A stretch of 64,000 nucleotides of DNA. It comes from Dictyostelium discoideum. Taxonomy: Eukaryota. Location of the stretch: the NCBI GenBank assembly GCA_000004695.1, contig CM000150.2, forward strand, positions 2,784,001 through 2,848,000. The letters are read 5' to 3'. The position numbers and the translations under genes are program-made. A model generated the notes under the pieces. The model saw only the letters and a program-made list of their open reading frames with translations. It did not search any database and was not told the origin of the DNA. Shown here in pieces: positions 47,101 to 62,308 of this stretch. Position 1 is the first letter of the stretch. Every line of letters starts with the position of its first letter.

Positions 47101-49171
47101 TCCACCACGTTTCTTAAATCATAATGATAAAGCAATATTCCCAATTATGATTTCATCAATCGTTGATTGTGATTTATTTTTTAGTGGTGCAATTCGTTCA
47201 AATAATTGTAACATTGAAACCAAAGGATTCAGTGGTGTACTTCCAGCAAAATCTAGAATCATATTCCCTGTCCATGTTAATGCTTTAGTTTCAAATTGTA
47301 TTGCAGACTTTCAATTTGTTGCAAAAACTCAATTATTAGATCATTCACAAGAGATTTGTGATGCAATCTCATTTAAATTCCCTGTTTTCTCTTCAAGTGT
47401 ATTGGAGACAACAACTATCAATCATAGTTTAGTAAATTTGAAATCAAAGAAAGAAATTTCATCTCACAACTTAAAACTTGATAATTGGAAAGATTTAGAT
47501 CAACAATTGGGTGGATTAACAATTACTCTATCAAAAACTAAACTTCAAAAGATTTCATGTTCAGTTAAAGATTTATTACATTATGAATACTCTTGCTCTG
47601 AACAAATTGCTTCAAAATTATTAGCCCTCTCCACCTTTATAAAGTATCCACATTTATTAGAAGAAAAAGATATCAAAGCTTTAGGTCTTGAGAATATTAA
47701 AACCAATAAGAAACCTTTGGAAGATATGGTTGAAATTTTAAAGAAACGTTATCAATCATCAGATCATTCATTCACTTATTTCGATGATAAAAAGAGTGGT
47801 TCATATGAATTTGTTTCAGTATTTGTTTACTTTGTATTGAATCAAATCTCTGATCTATCGGAAGAAGCCAAAAAATTGGCATCAAAGGCTGAAGCTTACT
47901 TTTCAGGATCTGCCAATGTAATGGTTTTTAATAGAGATTCTTATGAAAAGAATAAATTCCAATATCTTTTAGGTAAAGCATTTGCATCATTTGTCTATGG
48001 TACCATTAAACAAACCTCTGTACCTCATACAAGTTTTATTTCAAAGGTTTTACAAACTGCAAAATTCGATTTCTCAAATAGCCAATATCAAGAGATCTTT
48101 ATCTATCTCTCACAATTCTACAAGAGTCACCTCGATTTCAAAAATATTTCAAACTATGTTACAATTACTGGTTCCTTGGCTTATGTTACTTCTAGTCCAA
48201 TCTTTGGATTCTATGGGGATACTCGTCTTCAGTCAATTTTAATACTTTCACTTTTAGAAAGTGGAAAGACATCACATAAAGATCATCCACTCTTGGAACG
48301 TTTAATAAGTGGTTTAGCTCATTTTGTAAATAAAGAAGGTCGTTATGGTACTACTCAAGCCAATGCATTCAATATCTTTGCAATCTCTCAATATGAAAAG
48401 ATGAAATTATCAGGTGAAAAAGTTGATCCAACATTGGATGCAAGTATTATTTTAGGAAATCGCTATTTGGAAAAGAAAAAAGTAACAATTGGTGATTCAG
48501 AAAATTATACAATCACTGTACCTTTCTCTCAAATCCTAAAGAATCAAAAACCATTGATAATTCAAAGAAAAACAAAAGGTACCCTTTATTATAGCATAAA
48601 TCTCTCCTATGCTTCATTGAATCCAATCTCTAAAGCTATCTTTAATAGAGGTCTCAATATTAAAAGAACCTATTATCCAGTTTCAAATTCAAATGATGTT
48701 ATTTATCATTCTCCAATTGGTGTTGACCAACCTCAAACCATTGAAATCAAAGCAGGTTCAAGAGTAAAGGTAACACTTTCAATAAAGGTCGATCATGTTT
48801 CTAGCTTTATAGTTATTAAAGATAGATTACCAAGTGGTTTGGAACCATTACTTTCAAATTCCTATTATCACAATGGTTATTATTTCAATCATGTTAATAA
48901 TCGTGAAAATGGTGTTGAAATTTATTCAAATCTTTTATATCCAGGTGTTTATAATTATTCCTATCAAACTATTGCAATTACACGTGGTACTTTTATTTCA
49001 CCATCAGCAAAAGTAAGTTTAAAAAATTTTTTCTTTTTTTTTTTTTTTTTATTTCTTTTCATATTACTGATATACTTTTTTTTTTTTTTTTTTTTTTTAC
49101 TTTAGATTGAAGAAATGTATTGTCCTGCAACTTTTGGTCGTTCTTCTTCAGAAATTGTATTAATTAAATAA
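41931..49171 (+). CDS. Alpha-2-macroglobulin/thioester-containing-protein (TEP/CD109)-like giant protein of about 2330 aa with two embedded ubiquitin-like domains. Three exons: 41931..44029, 44164..49012 and 49106..49171.
   Basis: An MG-domain-like FRPGDTVNVKGTIRVVVDEGV follows QVPINEINKKPYEFTTIIFAQQG. The candidate thioester motif is YSCSEQIASKLL (C-x-E-Q). The C-terminal CPATFGRSSS tail is encoded by a final exon reached from a GTAAGT donor. An internal ubiquitin-like domain reads MAGRIIQLKVSDETTIGELQQMIMDRDGLPPSSQRLFYLNKQ...LNLVIRLHGG, and an N-terminal ubiquitin-like segment reads IRFIFSGKQLENFSTLEENKIENDSTIIVAV. Intron 1 (GTATGT...AG) contains (AAT)n. Confidence 0.6.
44090..44160. repeat. 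(AAT)n tract inside intron 1 of the A2M-like gene.
   Basis: Direct reading. Bounded by the GTATGT donor at 44030 and the AG acceptor at 44162-44163. Confidence 0.85.
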
Positions 49172-49554
49172 ATTGTTGTCATTAATTCCAATCAAAAAAA
49201 TAAATAAAATAATAAAATAAAATTTATTTAATTTTCCAACTATTCCTTAATCTAATCTCAAATAATTTTTTATTAATTCGAGCTTTCTTCTTTTTATTAA
49301 CTTTAAATTTTTTTCTTCTTTTACTTTTTGGAAAACTCTAAAGTTTTTACTTTTTTTTTAATTTATTTTTTTTTTTTTTTGCAATTCTTGGATGATTGTT
49401 TTGTTTTGTTTTTTTTTTTTTGTTGATAATTATTATTTATTATGATGATTAAATAAAATTTGATATAAATATTAATTTATAAAAAGAAAAAAAAAAAATA
49501 AAGAAAATTAAAAATAAAATAAAATAAACTATTATATAAAAGGGTTTTTTTTTT

Positions 49555-49931
49555 ATTTATTCTTCCATAACTTCACGTCTAACCTTCTTTCTACCTCTTT
49601 TATTTCCTTCATCCTCAACTTCATCATAAACAATTTTATTTAATTTTTCTTCTTCAACCTAATTATAAAAAAAAAAAAAAAATTAATAACTAAACAATTA
49701 TTTTTTCCTTTTTTTTTTTTTTTTTACCTTTCTCTTTTGTTTTCTTAATCTTTTTTCTTTATTTTCTTCTGTTTTTTCGTTTTCTCTTTTTTCTTTTGCA
49801 AGATCAGCTGCGTGCTGTTTTTTACGGGCTGCTAAAGAATTCTTTTTTGCCTATTTATGTATATTTAATTATAAAATTAGTTTCAAGTTTTTTTAATAAA
49901 AAAATATATTTCAAAATTAAATAATTACCAT
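49555..49931 (-). CDS. Small lysine/arginine/glutamate-rich protein of about 77 aa. Three exons with the start codon immediately followed by an intron: 49931..49929 (ATG only), 49850..49728 and 49656..49555.
   Basis: ATG|GTAATT ... AG|GCAAAAAAGAATTCT... encodes AKKNSLAARKKQHAADLAKEKRENEKTEENKEKRLRKQKRK. Then |GTAAAA...TTATAATTAG| leads to VEEEKLNKIVYDEVEDEGNKRGRKKVRREVMEE*. All junctions are consensus and in phase. Confidence 0.45.
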
Positions 49932-50295
49932 TTATTTATTTATATATTTACAGGTTGGTTTGATTGGAAAAGAAAAAAAAAAAAAAAAAAAAAAAAAAAC
50001 AATCGTTTTTTTAATTTTTAAATTTTCTTGAAATTTTTTTAAAAACGAGTAAAAATAAAAAAAAAAAAAATTAAAAAATAATTTAAAACAAACAATTAAA
50101 ATGATTATTTTTTTATTTTTTGGGTTTCATTTTTTAATAAAAAAAATAGGTTGAATGGAAATAAAAAAAAAAAAAAAAAAAAAAACATTAACTAAAAATA
50201 TCTCTATGATTTTTTTTATTATATTTTTTTATTTTTTTTTATTTTTTTTTTTCTTTTTTCCAAAACTGAAAAATTAAAAAATTAAAAAATTAAAA

Positions 50296-50336
<41 letters not shown>

Positions 50337-50457
50337 CAAATTAAGATATATAAAAAATTACCATTTTTCACATTATTTTATTTATAGACACGGGCGAGGA
50401 CATAGGTTTATCTAATTAATTAAATAAATATAGATATCAAATAAATAGAATAAAAAA

Positions 50458-51595
50458 ATGTTCAATGCTTTTAAAAAGATATGGGCACCAACTGTAAATA
50501 ATGATGAAGATGAATCAAAAGAAAGACAAGAATTAGGAATTTCAGAAGAGTTAATACAATTGGTTGATAATATATCTAGATTCCCTGAATCTTTTAAAGA
50601 TTTTCCTTTTCAAACTTTAAAAGATCCTTGTAGGTTTTTTTTTTTTTTTTTTTTTTTGATTATAGTGGTATAGTAGTATTAGTATTTGTAGTAGTAGTAA
50701 TATTGACCATCAATAATATTCATACATTTATAATATATTTATATATATAATATTATTTACAGCACTTAAAATGACAAAAATTCAAAAAAGACATGTTGAA
50801 AAGATATTAGAGATTGTTAAACCATTAAATGATTTAAGATTTCAAATGTGTCCATCAGTCATGAATGATGAAAAATTTTGGAAGATTTACTTTACACATA
50901 TTCAAGTAGTATCAAAAGGAATGTTTAATCAATCACCATCATCAACAACAACAGGTACAACAACTACTCAACCACAATCACCAACAAACTTTTTAGAAGA
51001 ATTGGATTCTCAATTTGATAAATTATCATCAAAGAAGAAACCATTCGATGAAGGTATCTCTGAAGAAGAAGATAGCTATTTCTCAATAAATACCTATATG
51101 TTACAATCAAAACAACAACAATTATTACAACAACAACAACAACAGCAGCAACAGCAACAACAATTATTATTACAGCAACAACAACAACAAACTCAACCAA
51201 ATTCATTAAAATCATCAACTTCTTCAATTACACCAAATAAATCACCAATATCAGGTGGTGGTGGAATACAAATAGGAAATAAAATAGCAGTAACTCAACC
51301 AGTTGCTGCCTCCTCTCCAACTTCAACTTTAACACCAACATTAAGAAACAATACTGATAATAATAAAAATAATAATAGTGATGAAAACAACAACAACAGT
51401 AATGCTATATCACTACAATCAAAACCAAATAATAATAATAATAATAATATTGAAATTTTAAACAATACCAATAATAGTAATAATACTTTAATAGATACAA
51501 ACTTTGATAATATAAATAATACAAGTATTATTACAGATGTACAACGAAATATAGAATTGGATAAAAGTATAGATAATTTTTTAAATCCAAGTTAA
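50458..51595 (+). CDS. BSD-domain protein (SYAP1-like). Two exons: 50458..50629 and 50763..51595.
   Basis: Exon 2 contains the BSD-type motif KFWKIYFTHIQ. The junction is T|GTAGGT...TTTACAG|CA, phase 1. The C-terminus is low-complexity and Q/N-rich. Confidence 0.55.
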
Positions 51596-51982
51596 AATTT
51601 TTATGATTTTTAATAATATATACAAAAATAAATAAAAATAAAAAAAAAAAAAAAAAAAAAAAAAACCAAAATCTTTTAATTAATAATCACTAAACGTTAC
51701 ATTTAATTTAAATTAAATTTCTTTGTTTTATATTTTACAAAATTATTCTTAAAAAAAAGAAAAAAAAAAAAAAAGAAATAGAAAAACTAAAACACAAAAC
51801 ATTACTTTATTTTATTATTTATTTATTATTTAAAAAACCATTGTTTAATAAATTTGGAAAAAAAAAAAAATAATAAAAAAAGATAATATAATAAAAATAA
51901 TAATAATGAAATTCATTTAATAATAAATTGAGAAATAAATAAAATTGTAAATAATTAAATTAATGTGATTAGATAAATTTGG

Positions 51983-52012
<30 letters not shown>

Positions 52013-52015
<3 letters not shown>

Positions 52016-52591
52016 AATCAATTTAAATCATCAATAAATAAAAAATATCTTTCAAACAAAAACAACTATTATCAAATTTTTAGTTATCCTAAAAATAATG
52101 ATGGTTGTAATGATAATTTAAAAATTGAAAAGAATTCTACCAAAACACCACCACAATCATCAACACCACAATTAAATAAAGTAATAATAAAAAATGAAAT
52201 AGAACAAATAAATAATTTCAAAGAAATAACAAATGATATTTTTAAACAATTTAGTAATGATTTTTTTTGGTTTTCAAATAATGATCATTCTAATAATAAT
52301 AATTCTAATAATAATTCTAAAAATAATAATAATAATAATAATAAAAACAATAACTATAATAATAATACAAATATTAATAATAATGATTCAAGTTGTGGTA
52401 AACGTAAAAGAAACTCATCAAATAGTTATTTTACAAATGAAATAAATTTAAATTTAATAAATAAGAAACTTCCAACAAGAAGATCAAGAATAGAATCATA
52501 TGAAAAAATTAAAAATTTAAATATCCAAGAATTAAGTTCTGATGAAAGTTCAGATGAAGATTATAAAGATGAGGAAGAAGAAGAAGAATAA
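52013..52591 (+). CDS. Hypothetical N-rich protein with a basic patch (CGKRKRN) and an acidic C-terminus.
   Basis: 192-aa ORF only. Low complexity, no recognisable domain. Confidence 0.3.
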
Positions 52592-52763
52592 TAAAAAGAA
52601 AAAAAAAAAAAAAAATTAAATAAACAATGTATAATTTTATAATGTTTTATATTATTATTATTATTTTTCTTTTTTTATTTTTTTTTTTTTATTTTTATTT
52701 TCATTTTTATTTTTAAATATTTGTTTATTTGTTTATATTTTGTTTATTTTTATTTTTATTTAT

Positions 52764-54030
52764 TTATTCTCCAAGAATAAATTTAAAATATTCATAAACA
52801 GACCAAACTATAGCAGAACTCATTGAATGGAAAACCATTCTTGGTTTCATACCTCTTAAGTAACCATCCATACCTTCTTCGATCCAAATTGTTTTCATTG
52901 CATCCATCATACCACCATAACGTTTAATTGATTTAGCTGAATTAATTGTTGAACTTGCGATAAAATCTGATTGAGTTTGAAGTCTAGTTTTAACTACATC
53001 AAATGGATTTGTAAATGCTGCTGCCAACATACCAGCACCACCACCAGCAACTAAATGATCGATCAATTGATATGATCTCTCCTCTGGATTCTTATTATTA
53101 AACCATGGTTGAATTATCTTTTTCAAACTTTCATAGGATGCAAAGTATACAATATTGTATGGTACATTCATAACTAATGTTGTAGTATAACCTGAATAGA
53201 AACCTCTAATACCTTCTTTTACCCAAATTCTCTTTGTACAATCTGTTAATCCTTTATAATCTGTAATTTGTAATTGTAATCTTTGTTTAACAACATCCAT
53301 TGGTGATGCAACTGCTTCACTTGTCATCTGAATAAAAAAAAATAAAAATAAAAAATAAAAAATAAAAAAATATATATAAGTATTCAAATAATTTTTGTGA
53401 TTTATTATTATTATTTTAATAAATATTTTAATAAATATTTTAAAAAATACTTACAGTTGCGATAGCACCTGCAATACCAACTTTAATTGGATGATGATCT
53501 TCATCGGAACCAATGAATTTAAATTTAAGTAACTCGTATATTGAAAAATGTACAGCATGAGATGGAGCAGCACCAGCTGCAACTGCTGTTAGCCCTCTAA
53601 ATAAACCAGTGATACCATGTTGTTGTATAATATGTTTAGTAATTTGTAATGATGATGTTTGCATTGCACCTGGTTTAATTGCTTGAATGTGTGTCTATTA
53701 TTTATTATCATTAATTACAAATATTTGTAAAAATAATATTGATGATGATGATGAAGATGATGATGATGATGGGAAAAAAAAGTATAAAATATTGAATTGA
53801 GTTGGTATTTTTTTTTTTTAACCAAAAATAGAAATTTTTTTTTTTTTTTTTTTGGATTCCAAAAATTGTGGTAAATTAAGTTTTTATTTTTGTAGAGAAG
53901 AACATACCTTAATTGTATCAATTGGGTACATACCACAATGTTCTGCAAAACCAGCTGCTGCACCGGCAATTAAATGAACGTAAAATGATCCACCTTCATC
54001 TCCATGACTATGTCCGTGATCACCACCCAT
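52764..54030 (-). CDS. Mitochondrial carrier family protein, mitoferrin-like (iron importer Mrs3/4/SLC25A37 type). Three exons: 54030..53908, 53694..53455 and 53327..52764.
   Basis: The three carrier repeats carry P-x-[DE]-x-x-[KR] signatures: MYPIDTIKTHIQ, SPMDVVKQRLQ and NPFDVVKTRLQ. The N-terminal His-rich stretch MGGDHGHSHGDEGG, and AGAIAT|MTSEAVASPMDVVKQRLQ spanning the exon junction, match mitoferrins. Donors are GTATGT and GTAAGT. Confidence 0.85.
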
Positions 54031-54253
54031 TCTATATTTGTTTTTTTTTTATAAAAATTATTATTAATTTAAATATGTTTGAATTTGCTTTGTAATTAAT
54101 AATTCTAAATTTAGAAAAATTTCAATTAAAAGTATTCAAATAAATTAATTAATTAATTAATCAAACACAAATAAAATTTTTTTTTTTTTTAAAAAACGAA
54201 TGAAAAAAAAAAAAAAGAAAATCAAAAAAAAAAAAAAAAATCAAAAAACGATC

Positions 54254-54294
<41 letters not shown>

Positions 54295-54694
54295 AAATAA
54301 AAAAATTAAAAAAAATTAAAATAAAAAAAAATTCCTCAATTCCATCATGACGAAATCAATACTTTTGCCTTCATCTTAACCTTAAAATTACTTTTTTTAA
54401 AAAAAAAAAAAAAAAAAACCGAAATTCTATTTAAAAAATAAAAAATTTGCTCAATTTATTTTTTTATTTTTATTTTTTATTTTTTTTTTTTTTAATAGAA
54501 CATTCTATCTTCTAAAATTTATTTTTTATTTTTTTTTTTCCATTTTAAAAAATTTAATATTAACCTTTCAAAAAAAATAAAATATGTAATTGTATCAAAA
54601 AGGATAATTATTTTATAATTCTTGATTCCCAAATAATTTTAATTATTTTTTTTTTTTCCCATATAATAATAACAATTTTGATAGTTGGTAAAGG

Positions 54695-54733
<39 letters not shown>

Positions 54734-55117
54734 AAAAATTTTACAATAAAAAGGTAATTGTATAGTTTGAATTTCAAAATTAATTGTTACAAATAAAATA
54801 ATCAAATTTAAAATCTTGGAAAGGGGTTATAATTTACTTTTAATTTTTAATTTGATTAAAAAAATATTTTTAATTTATTTTTTTTTTTTTTTTATTTTAT
54901 TTTTTTTTTTTTTTTTTATGAACATCAAAATTTTTTTTTTTTTATTTTTTTTTTTTTTTCAATTTTTTTTTTTCAATTTTAATTTTTTTTTTTTTGAAAT
55001 TAAATTTTTTTTTTTTTTTTATTAAATTACACCCTGCCCAAAAATATATATATTTCATATATATATTTATTTATTTTTTTATTTTTATTTCAGTATATAT
55101 ATTTTTTTTAAAAAAAA

Positions 55118-55714
55118 ATGGAAACATTATTAGCATTTAAAGTTAAAGGTGGTGTATTATGTTTAGCAGATTCATCAGTTAATCATTCAATTGTAAAGAT
55201 GAAAGATGATGAAGATAAAATTTTAGAAATTGATGGACACAAATTATTATTATCAGCAGGTGAAGCAGGTGATCGTGTTCAATTCACTGAATATATATCA
55301 AAGAATATCAAATTATACTCCCTTCGTAATAGTTATCCAATGTCAACACCAGCAGCAGCAAATTTTATTCGTAATGAATTAGCAACATCCATCAGAAGTC
55401 ATCCATACTCAATCAATTTAATTTTGGCTGGTTATGACAAAGAAGTTGAAGATGGTGGTACATCCCTCTATTACATGGATTATTTAGGATCATTACAAAA
55501 GTTAAATTTCGGTTGTCACGGTTATGCAAGTTACTTTTTATTGGGTTTATTAGATCGTCATCATAAATGTGATCTTTCCCTTGAAGATGGTATCAATTTA
55601 ATGCATTTATGTACTACTGAATTAAAAACTCGTTTCTTAGTCTCTGGAAAATATACCCTTAAATTTGTTTCTTCTGAAGGTATTAAAGTTTTACCATTTA
55701 ATGCTCCACAATAA
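55118..55714 (+). CDS. psmB2: Proteasome subunit beta type-2 (beta4), single exon.
   Basis: 198 aa, colinear with PSMB2: VKMKDDEDKILEIDGHKLLLSAGEAGDRVQFTEYISKNIKLYSLRNSYPMSTPAAANFIRNELA, then LILAGYD and LYYMDYLGSL. Confidence 0.9.
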   Translation: METLLAFKVKGGVLCLADSSVNHSIVKMKDDEDKILEIDGHKLLLSAGEAGDRVQFTEYISKNIKLYSLRNSYPMSTPAAANFIRNELATSIRSHPYSINLILAGYDKEVEDGGTSLYYMDYLGSLQKLNFGCHGYASYFLLGLLDRHHKCDLSLEDGINLMHLCTTELKTRFLVSGKYTLKFVSSEGIKVLPFNAPQ

Positions 55715-55861
55715 AAATAAAAAAAAATAATAAAAAAGAATTTTGTTAAAAAAAAAAAAAAAACATTTTTTTTTTTTTATATAAGTAATCAACAATTAAT
55801 AACAAATAGTAACAAATAATAATAATAATAATAATCATACTCAACCAAGCATTAAAATGTA

Positions 55862-55884
55862 ACACACACACACACACACACACA
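55862..55884. repeat. (CA)n dinucleotide microsatellite.
   Basis: Direct reading: ACACACACACACACACACACACA. Confidence 0.9.
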
Positions 55885-56524
55885 AATCATTTTATTTTTT
55901 ATTTTTTTTTGAAAAAAAAAAAAAAAGAAAATAAAAAAAGAAAATAAAAAAAAAAAAAAAATATATATTTGTACAAATTCTTATTTTCACTATGATGATT
56001 ATTTTATTTTTGGTGTTTTTTTTTTTTCTGTTTTTTGATTTTTATTTTTTTTGTTTTTTTTTTTTTTTTTTATTTTTACAACTTTTCATAAAAAAAATAC
56101 CTGCTCGAAATTCGAAAAAGGGAGAAATTTTATGACATCAGTTTATTTCCATAAATGGTTGTTTAAACGCAATTGGGGATTGGGAAATTAATAAATAATA
56201 TAACATTATTTTTTCGTTTCCCAATTTTTTATTTTCTTTTTTTTTTTTTTTTTAAAATTTTTTTTTTTTTTTTTTTTTTCATAAGAATTTATTATTACTG
56301 TTTATCATTAATTTAATAATTATTCATATAATCTACATACATTTTTTTTTATTTTTTTTTTTTTAAAATTTTTATTTTTTTTTTTTTTTTTTTCAATTAA
56401 AGTTTTTTTCAATAATAAATTTGTTGTTCAAAAAAAAAAAAAAAAAGGGGTCATTTAAATAAAAAGATTTGTGACAATAAGAATAAAAATAATATAGAAA
56501 TAAAAAAAAGAAAGAAAGAAAGAA

Positions 56525-56557
<33 letters not shown>

Positions 56558-56595
56558 AATTAAATAAAATAACTAAAAGTAAACTTTAATTCGAA

Positions 56596-59560
<2,965 letters not shown>

Positions 59561-60540
59561 ACAAAATTAAAACAACCAAAAATAAAATAAAAAAAAAAAA
59601 TAAATAAAAAAAAAAAAAACAAAAAAAATTTATCACTATGAAAATAAGAAGAGAAAAATTTCTTAAATTTGAGATAAAAATAAAAAAAAGAATAAAAACT
59701 AAAAATAAATTTTTGATCAAAAAAAAAAAATAAAAAAATAAAAAATAAAACAATTTTGTATTTTTTTCTCAATTTTTTTTTTTTTTTTTAATAATTAAAA
59801 ATTTGCAATAAAAATAAAAATAGAAAAAAATAAAGAAAAAAATAGAAAAAATTGGTAGTTATTGTTTTCTAAAAATAACACATGAGGACCCTCGAATCAT
59901 GATTGATTTTAATGATTATAATCAATAAAAAGTTTTTGGGAAAAAAAAATAAAAAAAAATAAAAATAATAAAAAAAAAAAAAAAAAAAAAAACTGACCAC
60001 CCCACCACACACAAACCAAAAATATTCTTTTTTTTTTTTTTTATTATTAAAGTGATGGTTAAATATATCCATTCATACACACATAAAAATTTTTTATTAA
60101 AATAATATTTTAATGAACCCACTTTGATGGTTATGTTAAAAAAAAAAAAAATAAAAAAAAAAAAAAATTCTGTTGAGATTGATTCAGATTTATTCACATT
60201 TTCTTTTTTTTTATTATTATTATTATTATTTAAATAAAAAAAAAAAATAAAAAAATAAAAAAAAAAAAACAACATTTGAAAAGGTTTCTTTTTAATTATT
60301 ATTTTTTTAATTTTTTTTTTTCTATTCATTATTTTAATATTTTTAATATTATTAATTTACCACAAATTTTATATTAAATAAATATATATAAATTAAATAA
60401 ATATATATAAATAAATAAATATTTAGTTTGTTTAGTTTTTTTTTTTTTTAATAATCAATTATTTTTATTATTTTAGTTTAATTTTTATTATAATTATTAT
60501 TATTTTTTAAATATATATATATTTTTTTTTTTAAATAAAA

Positions 60541-61608
60541 ATGGCAGATAAGAAAATTATTATCGATTTTGGATCAGGTTGGACAAAATGTGGTTTTGAA
60601 GGTGAAGTAACACCAAGTGTAGAATGTTTAACAATTGTTGGACATCCGAATAAACAAGGTGATACAAAATTGTTTTATGGTAAAGAAGCAGTTGCAAGAT
60701 TTAGTACATCAAAATTAGTGTATCCAATAAAGAATGGTATAGTTTGTAATTGGGAAGATATGGAAAAGTTTATAGAGAATACATTTTATTATAAATTAAG
60801 AGTTGAACCACAATATCATTCGGTATTACTAACAGAAACAACAATGAATACTAAAGAGAATAGAAATAAAATGGCAGAGATTATGTTTGAAACTTATGAT
60901 ATACCATCAATTAAAATTGAAAATCAACAAAAGTTATCATTTGATCATTTATCAACAGGTACTAAAAACGGTACAATAGTTGATATGGGTGATGACTCAA
61001 TTAATATAGTGCCATTTGTTGATGGTCAACCAGTGACTGATGCCGTTGTTACACTTGATTTCGGTGGTCGTAATTTAACAGGTTATTTGGCCGCTTTGTT
61101 ATTCCAAAATGGTTATAGTTTCTCAACAGTTGCTGATCACCAAATTGTACGTCAAATTAAAGAGAAACATTCTTTCATTGAATTGGATTATGAAAAACCT
61201 TCAAATACTAAAAAACAATCATTTTCTTATCCTGGTTCATCTGATATTCAAATTGATGCTCGTTATTTATACGGTTGTCCTGAACCACTTTTTAGACCTT
61301 CACTAGTTGGTTTTGATTCTTCTGATAGTCTTTGTAATTCAACTTATTCTTCAATTATGAAATGTGATCAGTCAGTTCAACAATCATTATTTTCAAATAT
61401 AATTTTAACAGGTGGTTCTTCAATGTTTACTGGAATTAAAGAACGTCTTGAATTGGAAATTTCAAAAATTAATACTACCAGCAATAAAATTAATATAATA
61501 TGTTCAAAAGATCGTAAAAATTCAAATTGGTTAGGTGCTTCAAAATCAATTACTTCAACTGATAATTGGGTTTCAAAAGAAAAATTTACTGAAAAGGGTA
61601 CTTTTTAA
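60541..61608 (+). CDS. Divergent actin-related protein (actin/Arp family fold), single exon.
   Basis: 355 aa. The actin-like N-terminal phosphate-1 motif is IIIDFGSGWTKCGFEGE. VYPIKNGIV, LTGGSS (phosphate-2 like) and a C-terminal NWVSKEKFTEKGTF are also present. Divergence from conventional actin is high. Confidence 0.7.
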   Translation: MADKKIIIDFGSGWTKCGFEGEVTPSVECLTIVGHPNKQGDTKLFYGKEAVARFSTSKLVYPIKNGIVCNWEDMEKFIENTFYYKLRVEPQYHSVLLTETTMNTKENRNKMAEIMFETYDIPSIKIENQQKLSFDHLSTGTKNGTIVDMGDDSINIVPFVDGQPVTDAVVTLDFGGRNLTGYLAALLFQNGYSFSTVADHQIVRQIKEKHSFIELDYEKPSNTKKQSFSYPGSSDIQIDARYLYGCPEPLFRPSLVGFDSSDSLCNSTYSSIMKCDQSVQQSLFSNIILTGGSSMFTGIKERLELEISKINTTSNKINIICSKDRKNSNWLGASKSITSTDNWVSKEKFTEKGTF

Positions 61609-61623
61609 TAAATAATTTTTTTA

Positions 61624-61660
<37 letters not shown>

Positions 61661-61860
61661 TTTAAGAAAAAAAAAAACTTGGAAAAAAAAAAAAAAATAT
61701 AGATATTTTTTTTAAAAATTAATTAAAATAAAAAAATAGTATTATTGTGTAAATAAATAGTTTTTTTTTTTTTTTTATTATTTTTTTTTATAAAATATAT
61801 GTTTTTAAATAGATAAATAATATTAATTTTGAAAATATAATTTCTTTTTTTTTTTTTTTT

Positions 61861-62125
61861 TTATCTTTTTCTTTCAAATGTTTTTGTTGGGCAAATTGAC
61901 CAACCAATCCATCTGCTATTTGGATTTTTAACATAGGTAATTTCATTTTCAATTAATTCACATTCTATTGTTGATGATGTTGTTGATTTGATATAAATAT
62001 CATTTTTAGTTGAATTACCATTATTTAATGATTTTAAACATTCTATTTTATTAGTTTAGTTAGAAAAGTCTTTTTTTTTTATTTTTATATTTTTTTTATT
62101 TCAAACACTTACTAAAAAGAGACAT
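61861..62125 (-). CDS. Candidate small two-exon ORF of about 66 aa: 62125..62113 and 62043..61861.
   Basis: ATGTCTCTTTTTA|GTAAGT ... AAAATAG|AATGTTTA gives MSLFKCLKSLNNGNSTKNDIYIKSTTSSTIECELIENEITYVKNPNSRWIGWSICPTKTFERKR*. The only support is consensus splice sites plus an open frame, and no homolog is recognised. Confidence 0.25.
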
Positions 62126-62275
62126 TGTATTTGTGTGGTGTTATTGTTTTTTTTTTATTTTTTTATTTTTTTTATTTTTTTATTTTTTTTTATAATTATA
62201 TTGTAAATAAAATGATTTTTTTTTTAAATCGATTTTGGATTTATACAAATGATAATTTCCAAAATTATATTTAAA

Positions 62276-62308
<33 letters not shown>

